Assembly (NCBI GenBank): GCA_965249175.1
Contig: OZ252227.1
Coordinates: forward strand, 1,731,762-1,795,761
DNA: 64,000 nucleotides
Reading direction: 5' to 3'
Source of the DNA: Vicinamibacterales bacterium
Lineage (GTDB): Bacteria; Acidobacteriota; Vicinamibacteria; Vicinamibacterales; UBA8438
The notes beneath the pieces are model-generated. The model saw only the letters and a program-made list of their open reading frames with translations. It ran no database searches and was not told where the DNA came from. Below are positions 56,291-64,000 of this stretch, piece after piece; position 1 is the stretch's first letter, and every line of letters begins with the position of its first letter. The position numbers and the translations under genes are program-made.

Positions 56291-57145
56291 ATGAGGCGCT
56301 TGAGTCTGGTCCTGGTCGTCACGTTGGTGGTCGTTGCTGCCGCGGCATCTGCGCACGCGCAGGGCGTCACGAAGTACGTCCGCTACGAGCACAATGGCAC
56401 GACCTCGTATGGCGTCCTCGAAGGTGACACGATTCATCAGCTCAGTGGCAACGTCTTCGAGTCACCACAACGCACCGGCACGACGGTCGAGATGGATCAG
56501 GTGACGCTCCTTCCTCCGAGCGAGCCGCAAAAAGTGATTGCCGCGGGACTCAACTACCGCAGTCACATCGGGCAGCAGAACCCCGCGGAGTACCCTGGTT
56601 TGTTCGACAAGCATGCGACGTCGCTGATCGGGCACGAGGCCGAGATTACCTACTACGAGGATGCGACCAACCTGCACTTCGAAGGTGAGATGGTGCTGAT
56701 CATCGGCAAGGAAGCGAAGAATGTCTCGGTCGCCGACGCCCCCGACTACATTTTTGCCGTGGCGCCGGGAAACGACATCAGCGAGCGGGTCTGGCAGGGA
56801 AGCGACCTCCAGTGGTTTCGCGCGAAGGGCGCCGACACCTTTGGCCCCGTCGGCCCGGTCATGGTGCGCGGCGTGAACTACGACGACTTGTTGCTCGAGA
56901 CCCGGGTCAACGGCGAGGTCCTGCAGTCTCAGCGCACGAAGGACCTGCTATTTGACTCGTCGTTTCTCGTCAGCTACATCAGCCGGTATGTGACGCTGTA
57001 CCCGGGGGATATGGTCTTCACGGGCACTCCCGGGAGCACCTCGGCCATGCAACCCGGCGATGTCGTCGAGGTCGAGCTCGAGGGCGTCGGCGTCCTCAGC
57101 AACCAGATCGGCCCCAAGGGCGGGCGACGGACGAACGAGCAGTAG
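56291..57145 (+). CDS. Fumarylacetoacetate hydrolase-family protein with signal peptide
   Basis: MRRLSLVLVVTLVVVAAAASAHA-Q; FEGE, NDISER, AKGADTFGPVGP, TGTP. Confidence 0.88.
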   Translation: MRRLSLVLVVTLVVVAAAASAHAQGVTKYVRYEHNGTTSYGVLEGDTIHQLSGNVFESPQRTGTTVEMDQVTLLPPSEPQKVIAAGLNYRSHIGQQNPAEYPGLFDKHATSLIGHEAEITYYEDATNLHFEGEMVLIIGKEAKNVSVADAPDYIFAVAPGNDISERVWQGSDLQWFRAKGADTFGPVGPVMVRGVNYDDLLLETRVNGEVLQSQRTKDLLFDSSFLVSYISRYVTLYPGDMVFTGTPGSTSAMQPGDVVEVELEGVGVLSNQIGPKGGRRTNEQ

Positions 57146-57275
57146 GAGACGCCGCGCACGCGACGGAGTCGTCTGAAGGCGGTCGGGTTCGTATCCTCTG
57201 TTAGTATGGGTGCAGTATGGCTCCGTCTCGGGGCGCCTGTGCCCCGACCTATTCCGTGAGAGGTGGGCGTTGAAG

Positions 57276-58556
57276 ATGTCATTTCCCAAGGTGCTCGCGA
57301 TCGTTGTCACCCTCAGCCTCGGCCTCGGTGTGTCGGCGAGCGCAGAGGAGGCCGCCGGCGTGCCGACGTTCACGAAGGACGTCGCGCCGATTTTCTTCGA
57401 CAACTGCGTGTCGTGCCACCGGACCGGCGAGTTCGCGCCGATGTCGCTGATGACCTACGACGATGCTCGCCCGTGGGCGCGCGCCATCAAGCAGCGTGTC
57501 GAGGCTCGCGAGATGCCACCCTGGTACGCGGAGCCGGGTCATCAGACCTACGTCAACGACGCCAGCCTCAGCGATGATCAAGTCCAGACGATCGCCGCGT
57601 GGGTGGACGGCGGCGCGCCGCGCGGCGACGCCGGCGATTTGCCGGTTGCGCCCGAGTTTGCGGCGGATTGGACGATTGGCGAGCCCGACGCTGTTTACAG
57701 CATGCTCGAGTCGTTCGACGTGCCTGCCGACGGGACGGTGCCGTATGTCTACTTCACCATTCCGACCAACGTGCCGCACGACAAATGGATCAAGGCAGTC
57801 GAGATTCGTCCCGGCGATCGGCGCGTCGTTCACCACGTCATCGCTACGATGCAGAGCCCCGACCCGGAGTTCCCGCCGTCGCCGGGGCCTCGGCTGACGC
57901 TGAGCCCAAGTGGTCGGGGTGGCAACGTGCTGGGGAGCAATTCGCTCGCCGGCACCGTGCCGAACAAGTTCGGCGCGACCTTCCCCGACGGCGTGGCCTT
58001 GAAGATGGAAGCCGGTACGGAGATCGTGTTTCAGATGCACTACACGACGATCGGCGAGGCCGCGTCCGATCAGACGAGCGTCGGACTGATTTTCCAGGAC
58101 GAGGAGCCAACGTGGGAGGCCGGCGGCGGCATCGTCATCAACCCGCGGTTCGCCATCCCCGCCGGGGCCGAGAGCCACGAGGTGCGGGCGGAGCAGGAGT
58201 TGAAAGAGGACACATACCTCACCGACATGACGCCGCACATGCACTCACGCGGCAAGGCGTTCTCCTATACAGCCGTCTATCCGGACGGGACCGAGGAGAT
58301 TCTCCTGAACGTGCCGAACTACACCTTCGACTGGCAGCTGACGTACGAGTTCGCCGAGCCCAAGCTGCTGCCGGCCGGCACGAAGCTCGTGGGGATCGCG
58401 CATTTCGACAACTCCGTCAACAACCGCGCGAATCCCGATCCGACCGCCGAGGTCCGCTGGGGCGATCAGACATGGGAAGAGATGATGATCGGCTTCTACG
58501 GCACCCTGAGTGCGGAGGACATGAATAAGCGCACCACGACCCAGAACCAGCAGTAA
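57276..58556 (+). CDS. Exported cytochrome c / copper type II monooxygenase-like fusion, paralog A
   Basis: Signal peptide, CVSCH, VHH, QMHY, HMH, FDWQ, WEEM. Confidence 0.8.
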   Translation: MSFPKVLAIVVTLSLGLGVSASAEEAAGVPTFTKDVAPIFFDNCVSCHRTGEFAPMSLMTYDDARPWARAIKQRVEAREMPPWYAEPGHQTYVNDASLSDDQVQTIAAWVDGGAPRGDAGDLPVAPEFAADWTIGEPDAVYSMLESFDVPADGTVPYVYFTIPTNVPHDKWIKAVEIRPGDRRVVHHVIATMQSPDPEFPPSPGPRLTLSPSGRGGNVLGSNSLAGTVPNKFGATFPDGVALKMEAGTEIVFQMHYTTIGEAASDQTSVGLIFQDEEPTWEAGGGIVINPRFAIPAGAESHEVRAEQELKEDTYLTDMTPHMHSRGKAFSYTAVYPDGTEEILLNVPNYTFDWQLTYEFAEPKLLPAGTKLVGIAHFDNSVNNRANPDPTAEVRWGDQTWEEMMIGFYGTLSAEDMNKRTTTQNQQ

Positions 58557-58611
58557 GCCGCTCGACCGCGAGAGTGCGGGCGAGCAGGTCCTGTCGAGGA
58601 GCCCGTTGCTG

Positions 58612-60000
58612 ATGCCGATGACGAAGTCATTGAAAGTGACGCTCGCCGGAGCGGCCGTCGTCATAGTCGCGCTCCCGGGCGTCGCGGTCGCCGCGGAGGC
58701 TGCGCCCGCCGAAGCGCGCGCGGACGACGTGACGTACGCCGAGGACGTGGCGCCGATCATCTTCAACAACTGTCTGGTGTGTCACCGTCCCGGCCAGGTC
58801 GCGCCGATGCCATTCCGCGACTACAAGGAAACGCGGCCATGGGCGCGCGCGATCAAGGACAAGGTGCAGTCGCGCGAGATGCCGCCGTGGTTTGCCGATC
58901 CGCAGTACGGCGAGTGGCTGAACGACCGCCGGCTCAGCCAGGAGCAGATTGACACGATCGCCGCCTGGGTCGACGCCGGTGCCCCGATGGGCGAGGCGTC
59001 CGACATCCCGGAGCCGCCGATGTTTTCGGACAACTGGGCGCTCGGCGATCTTGGCGACCCGGATCTCATCGTCCCGATGCCGGTGACCGTCGAGGTGCCG
59101 GCTGATGGCGAGGAGGGCTACCAGCAGTTCTACGTGAAGAACGACCTCACGGAAGACAAGTTCATCAAGGGCATCGAGGTGCGGCCGGGCAATCGCGCCG
59201 CCGTGCATCACGCCGTCATCGACATGGCCAGGCTCCCGCCGTGCTCCGAGCTCGACGACCGCGGCCAGCTCACGCCGGTGCCGGACTGCGAACGGGACGA
59301 CGGCGGACAACAGTTCGTCTTCTCGCGCGAGAGCTATAAGCTGATCGGCTACGCACCCGGTAAGGGCTTTCAACGATACCGCGAGGGCACGGGCAAGCGG
59401 ATCAGCCCGGGGTGGTATTACCGCTTCGACCAGCACTACACGCCCATCGGCACGTCTCAGACCGACCGCACCGAGATCGGCTTCTGGTTTCACGACCAGC
59501 CGGTGCAGACGGAAATGATTCAGAAGATGGTGAGCGGGAGTGGCGCCTTCATCGCGGAGAGCACAGAGGTCGTCGCGTCCGAGGGACAGCGGCGCCCACG
59601 CGTGCCGAACATTCCTCCGAACGCCGGCGACTGGAAGCTGGTCGCGACCACCCCGTTCGCCGAGGACATCACGCTCTTCGCGTTGGCCCCGCACATGCAC
59701 CTGCGCGGCAAGGACATGCGGTATGTCCTGGTCCGGCCGGACGGCTCGGAGGAGACGCTTCTGAGCGTGCCGCGCTACGACTTCAACTGGCAGCTCTTCT
59801 ATGAGCTGGTCGAGCCGATCGCGATCGAGGCCGGCAGCAAGCTCATGACCGTCGGTCACTTCGACAACTCGATCAAGAACCGCTACAACCCGGCGCCCGA
59901 CAGCGAGGTCTACTGGGCCGAGCAGAGCTGGGACGAGATGTTCAACGGGTTCTACGAATACTCCGTGGCCATGACCGCCAAGCCGTCCACCGAGAACTGA
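58612..60000 (+). CDS. Exported cytochrome c / copper type II monooxygenase-like fusion, paralog B
   Basis: Signal peptide, CLVCH, VHH, DQHY, HMH, FNWQ, WDEM. Confidence 0.8.
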   Translation: MPMTKSLKVTLAGAAVVIVALPGVAVAAEAAPAEARADDVTYAEDVAPIIFNNCLVCHRPGQVAPMPFRDYKETRPWARAIKDKVQSREMPPWFADPQYGEWLNDRRLSQEQIDTIAAWVDAGAPMGEASDIPEPPMFSDNWALGDLGDPDLIVPMPVTVEVPADGEEGYQQFYVKNDLTEDKFIKGIEVRPGNRAAVHHAVIDMARLPPCSELDDRGQLTPVPDCERDDGGQQFVFSRESYKLIGYAPGKGFQRYREGTGKRISPGWYYRFDQHYTPIGTSQTDRTEIGFWFHDQPVQTEMIQKMVSGSGAFIAESTEVVASEGQRRPRVPNIPPNAGDWKLVATTPFAEDITLFALAPHMHLRGKDMRYVLVRPDGSEETLLSVPRYDFNWQLFYELVEPIAIEAGSKLMTVGHFDNSIKNRYNPAPDSEVYWAEQSWDEMFNGFYEYSVAMTAKPSTEN

Positions 60001-60029
60001 CGAGCGACAACTTCCCCGGAACGCGCCCC

Positions 60030-60725
60030 ATGACGCGGCGAATCCTGCTCGTCATCGCCTTGCTTGGTGCGTGCGCACTCTGGCTCCCGGCTTCGCTCGC
60101 CGCCCACCCGATGGAGGGCCAGAACGCCGCTTTCGTCCAGGGTGTCGATGGCCCGGTACCAGGTCCGTTCATGTATCTGGGCGCGAAGCACATGGTAACG
60201 GGCTACGATCACTTGCTCTTTCTGGTCGGCGTGATCTTCTTTCTCTATCGCCTCCGCGATGTCGTCCTTTACGTCAGCCTGTTCACAATCGGTCACAGCA
60301 TCACGTTGCTGGCGGGCGTACTCGGCGGTCTGGAAGTGAACGCGTACGTGATCGACGCCGTTATCGGCCTCTCGGTCTGTTACAAGGCCTTCGAGAACAT
60401 CGGTGGCTTCGAGCGCGTGTTCAAGATACGGCCGAACACGCGAATCGCCGTGCTGGTCTTCGGGCTGTTTCACGGTCTCGGGCTCGCAACAAAGCTGCAG
60501 GAGTTCACCGTGACGGCCAACGGTCTGGTGACCAACATACTGAGCTTCAACGTAGGGGTGGAGATCGGGCAGATCCTCGCGCTCACGGGCGTACTGATTG
60601 CGATGACGTACTGGCGCACCCGCCCAAGTTTCTTTCGCCACGCGTTTGCGACGAACGCCCTGCTGATGACGGGTGGGTTCGTCCTGACGGCCTACCAGGT
60701 ATTTGGGTTCGTCTACTATCCCTGA
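60030..60725 (+). CDS. HupE/UreJ-family membrane protein
   Basis: Signal ending AAH, GYDHLLFL, FTIGHSITL, FGLFHGLG, FNVGVEIGQ. Confidence 0.88.
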   Translation: MTRRILLVIALLGACALWLPASLAAHPMEGQNAAFVQGVDGPVPGPFMYLGAKHMVTGYDHLLFLVGVIFFLYRLRDVVLYVSLFTIGHSITLLAGVLGGLEVNAYVIDAVIGLSVCYKAFENIGGFERVFKIRPNTRIAVLVFGLFHGLGLATKLQEFTVTANGLVTNILSFNVGVEIGQILALTGVLIAMTYWRTRPSFFRHAFATNALLMTGGFVLTAYQVFGFVYYP

Positions 60726-60727
60726 GC

Positions 60728-61312
60728 ATGGCTGACGCGCCGACGCCTCGAACCCAGCCGGCATCGGTCGGGAGAATTGCCGCTGCCGCGGTGGTGGCAT
60801 TCCTCGTGGCCGCGCTGGTGTTCGTGGGCGCGGTATTACCCGCGGAGTACGGGACGGACCCGCTCGGTACCGGCGAGCTGCTCGGACTCCTCGCGTTGGC
60901 GCAGGTGGCGGCGATTTCCGCGGAAACCGGCGAGTATCGCCTCGATGCGGCCGAGCTCGTCGTGCGCCCGTCCGAGTGGGTCGAATACACGTATCGCATC
61001 GAGCAGGGCGCCAGCATGCTGTACTCGTGGGAAGCCACCGGCCCGGTGAGCTACAACTTCCATAGTGCGCCGGACGGGGCGCCGCCGGGGTACGCCGAGA
61101 GCTTCGACGCTCAGGAGAGCGACGCGGCGCACGGCAGCTACAACGCGCCGTTCACCGGCGTGCATGGGTGGTATTGGGAGAACCTCGGCGCGTCCGAGGT
61201 GACCATCACGTTGAGCACGGCGGGGTTCTACGCCGACGCGCACGAAGCGCGCGATCGCGTCGACGGGTATCATTCGCTCACGGATCTCCGTGGAAACCTG
61301 GTTCAAGACTGA
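60728..61312 (+). CDS. Membrane-anchored His-containing hypothetical protein
   Basis: TM, LPAEYGTDP.G, NFH, APFTGVHGWYW. Confidence 0.72.
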   Translation: MADAPTPRTQPASVGRIAAAAVVAFLVAALVFVGAVLPAEYGTDPLGTGELLGLLALAQVAAISAETGEYRLDAAELVVRPSEWVEYTYRIEQGASMLYSWEATGPVSYNFHSAPDGAPPGYAESFDAQESDAAHGSYNAPFTGVHGWYWENLGASEVTITLSTAGFYADAHEARDRVDGYHSLTDLRGNLVQD

Positions 61313-61336
61313 CCGATGCATCGAAGGGGAAAGCTC

Positions 61337-62491
61337 ATGACTATTCGCACACCGCTCGCGTTGGGCGTCGCCGTCGTTGGCCTTGTGATCGCGAGTACCT
61401 GCGGGCACGGCCACCTGTCCGCGGCCGCGAATGCCGGCGTCGGGCCGGAGCTCGAGTCGACCGGGCCGATCACGTTCAGTCCTGACGGCACGCTGTTCGT
61501 CGCCGACAACCGCGCCGCCGCGATCTACGCCCTCGATTTGGCCGCACATGGGTCGGGGGCCTCGCCCGGGACAAAGAGCGTGCCCGCCGTCGATCAGCAG
61601 ATTGCCGCGCTCCTCGGCACCGATGCGCGCGAGATCCAGATCGCCGATCTGGCGGTCAACCCCGTGTCGCGCAACGCGTTCGTCTCGGTGTCGCGTGGTC
61701 GCGGCGCCGGCGCCCGGCCGGTCCTCGTCCGGATCGACGGCGCGGGTCAGCTGGAGGTCATCGCGCTTGGCGACGTGGCGTACACGATGGTCGAGCTGCC
61801 GAACCCACCTGACGCGGCGCCCAGCGCCGACGGCGATCGGCCGGTGCCGCGACGTGACGGGAGTTGGCTCGCGAACGGTCGCGTGCGGATGCAGACGGTG
61901 ACCGACATGGCTTACGTCGACGGGCAGCTCTTCATCGCCGGCCTGTCCAACGACGAGTTCTCGTCGAAGCTGCGCTCGGTCACCTATCCGTTCGGCGAGG
62001 CGAGCGCCGGCGCCAGCGTGGAGATCTGGCATGCCGCGCACGGGCAGTTCGAGACCGAATCGCCGGTCTACACGTTCGTGCCCTACGACGTCGACGGCGA
62101 GCAGAGCCTGATTGCCGGCTACCTCTGCACGCCGCTGGTCAAGTTCCCGATCGCGGACCTGAAACCTGGGGCCAAGGTGATGGGGAAGACCATCGCCGAG
62201 CTGGGCAACCGCAATCGGCCATTAGACATGATCGTCTACGAGAAGGGCGGCCGCGACTATCTGTTGATGTCGAACACCAGCCGCGGCGTGATGAAGATTC
62301 CGACCGAGGGGTTCGGGGCGTCGTCGGTGACCGAGCCGGTCGGCGGCGGTGGCACCGCCGGTGCCGCCTACGAGACAGTGTCGCAGATGACCGGGGTCGA
62401 GCAGCTGGACCTGCTCGACGACATGCACGCCATCGTCATCGCGCGCGATGATGCGGGGGTCGCGAACCTCGAGGCGGTGGCGCTCCCGTAG
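61337..62491 (+). CDS. Exported hypothetical protein, beta-propeller-like
   Basis: Signal peptide; GPITFSPDGTLFVAD-type blades; YLCTPLV, NRPLDM. Confidence 0.72.
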   Translation: MTIRTPLALGVAVVGLVIASTCGHGHLSAAANAGVGPELESTGPITFSPDGTLFVADNRAAAIYALDLAAHGSGASPGTKSVPAVDQQIAALLGTDAREIQIADLAVNPVSRNAFVSVSRGRGAGARPVLVRIDGAGQLEVIALGDVAYTMVELPNPPDAAPSADGDRPVPRRDGSWLANGRVRMQTVTDMAYVDGQLFIAGLSNDEFSSKLRSVTYPFGEASAGASVEIWHAAHGQFETESPVYTFVPYDVDGEQSLIAGYLCTPLVKFPIADLKPGAKVMGKTIAELGNRNRPLDMIVYEKGGRDYLLMSNTSRGVMKIPTEGFGASSVTEPVGGGGTAGAAYETVSQMTGVEQLDLLDDMHAIVIARDDAGVANLEAVALP

Positions 62492-62554
62492 GCGCGGACG
62501 TCGAGAAGCCACGCGAGACGATGACTGGGGTGTGTCCCGGTCGTCGCATTCCAC

Positions 62555-63307
62555 ATGAGCTCGAGAGCCGTCGCTGCGTTGTGCGCGTTGCTGATTGGGG
62601 CGGTGAGCGTCGTGGACCCGGCCGCCGCGGGCCAAGGGCGGGGTGCGATCGCATCCGCGTATCGCGCGCCGCGCACGGCGGATGGACAGCCCGACATCTC
62701 CGGCATCTGGACCAATGACACGCTGACGCCGCTCGAGCGGCCGACCCGGCTCGGTGACAAGGAGAACATGAGCCCATACAGTCGCGGCATCACCCGCGGC
62801 GTGCCCGGCTCGACGATTCCGAACACCTACAACACTGGCAATCACATCTTCCAGACGCCTCACTACATCGTCATCCTCTACGAGATGGTGCGCGAGCCGC
62901 GCATCGTCCCGCTCGGCAATCGGCCGCCGCTCCATTCGGAGATCCGGCAATGGATGGGTGATGCGCGGGGGCACTGGGAAGGCGAGACGCTCGTCATCGA
63001 GACGACGCACTTCACCGAGCAGGGGTGGATCACACCCAACCAGAACGCGGGACGGATGCACGGTGTGCCGGTGAGCCGCCGGCTTCGCACGGTCGAGCGG
63101 TTTACCAGGGTCGCGCCGCACGTGCTCGACTGGCAGGTGCGTATCGAGGATCCCAACGTCTACACGCAGCCGTGGACGCTCCTGCTGCCGTTAAAGCGCG
63201 ACATGAGCTACGACCTCTTCGAGTACGCCTGCCGTGAGGGGAACCGCGCGGTGACGGGGATTCTCGGCGGGGCCCGCCACGTCGAACGCCTGCAGGGGCG
63301 ACGCTAG
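62555..63307 (+). CDS. Third ACHEGN-family paralog, internally shortened (possible pseudogene)
   Basis: GQPDISGIW and GHWEGETLVIET present; central segment of the paralogs missing; motif reads ACREGN. Confidence 0.65.
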   Translation: MSSRAVAALCALLIGAVSVVDPAAAGQGRGAIASAYRAPRTADGQPDISGIWTNDTLTPLERPTRLGDKENMSPYSRGITRGVPGSTIPNTYNTGNHIFQTPHYIVILYEMVREPRIVPLGNRPPLHSEIRQWMGDARGHWEGETLVIETTHFTEQGWITPNQNAGRMHGVPVSRRLRTVERFTRVAPHVLDWQVRIEDPNVYTQPWTLLLPLKRDMSYDLFEYACREGNRAVTGILGGARHVERLQGRR

Positions 63308-64000
63308 GCCAGGGCGGCCAGCGTGGCGACCAGCAGGCGATAAAAGCGGCCGACGGACTCGATCTGCACGCGCTCGTCCGGCGAGTGCGGGAACTCGATC
63401 ACCGGGCCAAACGAGATCATGTCCATCCCCGTGATCTTCTGGCCGATGATGCCGCACTCGAGACCGGCGTGAATCGCTTTCACCTCCGGGGCTGAGCCGA
63501 GCTCCCGCTGATGCACCGTCTTCACGACGCTCAGCAGATGTGAGTCGAGGTTGGGCTTCCACCCCGGGTAGGCGGGGCTCTCGTGAATCGTCGCGCCGGC
63601 CAGCAGACCGGTCGCGCGAATACGGCGGCGGAGCGCCTCGAGGGCGGCGTCAATCGACGAGCGACTGCTCGTTGTGATCACCAGCGAGCCGTTGTCCGGC
63701 TTCACGGTTGCGAGGTTGGTGCTGGTCTCGACGAGGTCCGGGATGTCGTAGCTCATTGCCTCGACGCCGTGCGGGAGGCTCGTGACGAGGCGGAGCACCG
63801 TTGCCGTGGTGTCGGCGTCCCACGTGGTGGTGTGGGCGTCTCGGTTCTCCTCTTCCTCCTTCACTGCCAACTGCATGTTGGGATCGGCCGGGCGGTACTC
63901 ATTCCGCACCCGCGCGAGCTCCGCCTCGATCGCCGCGACCACCGCGTGGCGCTCGCCACCATCGACGACGAGCGTGGCAAACGCTTCACGCGGGATCGCG
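63304..64000 (-). CDS. pepD: Aminoacyl-histidine dipeptidase (M20), C-terminal part
   Basis: AIPREA, VETSTNLA, YPGWKP, IHAGLECG, SFGP, HSPDE. Confidence 0.9.
   Translation of the reverse strand, partial: AIPREAFATLVVDGGERHAVVAAIEAELARVRNEYRPADPNMQLAVKEEEENRDAHTTTWDADTTATVLRLVTSLPHGVEAMSYDIPDLVETSTNLATVKPDNGSLVITTSSRSSIDAALEALRRRIRATGLLAGATIHESPAYPGWKPNLDSHLLSVVKTVHQRELGSAPEVKAIHAGLECGIIGQKITGMDMISFGPVIEFPHSPDERVQIESVGRFYRLLVATLAALA

Overview
High-GC bacterial chromosome segment. The gene families and intergenic repeats suggest Acidobacteriota, Vicinamibacterales-like (inference, no search run). Layout: (1) 1-1053, N-terminal part of an ABC transporter; (2) 1390-6650, ilvD-ilvB-ilvN-ilvC behind a leader-peptide attenuator; (3) 6690-10260, hydrolases and an FAD oxidoreductase; (4) about 10350-30415, a roughly 20 kb island integrated at tRNA-Pro(TGG), with a 41-bp att duplication, a tyrosine integrase interrupted by IS256, nested ISL3/IS256, two fused inverted IS3 halves, several gene fragments and periplasmic heme proteins; (5) 30500-40500, exported and membrane proteins; (6) 40560-44860, bioB converging on bioF-bioA-bioD; (7) 45058-47701, an exported rhodanese with in-frame TGA at the catalytic Cys (probable selenoprotein), a 137-nt rod-like hairpin and a large heme c protein; (8) 47746-56200, IS256 in a REP, PutP, SPFH/RHH, a methyltransferase, an IS1182-like element and an aminotransferase; (9) 56290-63300, an exported FAH-family protein, two tandem cytochrome c/copper-monooxygenase-like fusions, HupE/UreJ and other exported proteins; (10) the end of pepD. 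No CRISPR array or rRNA seen.
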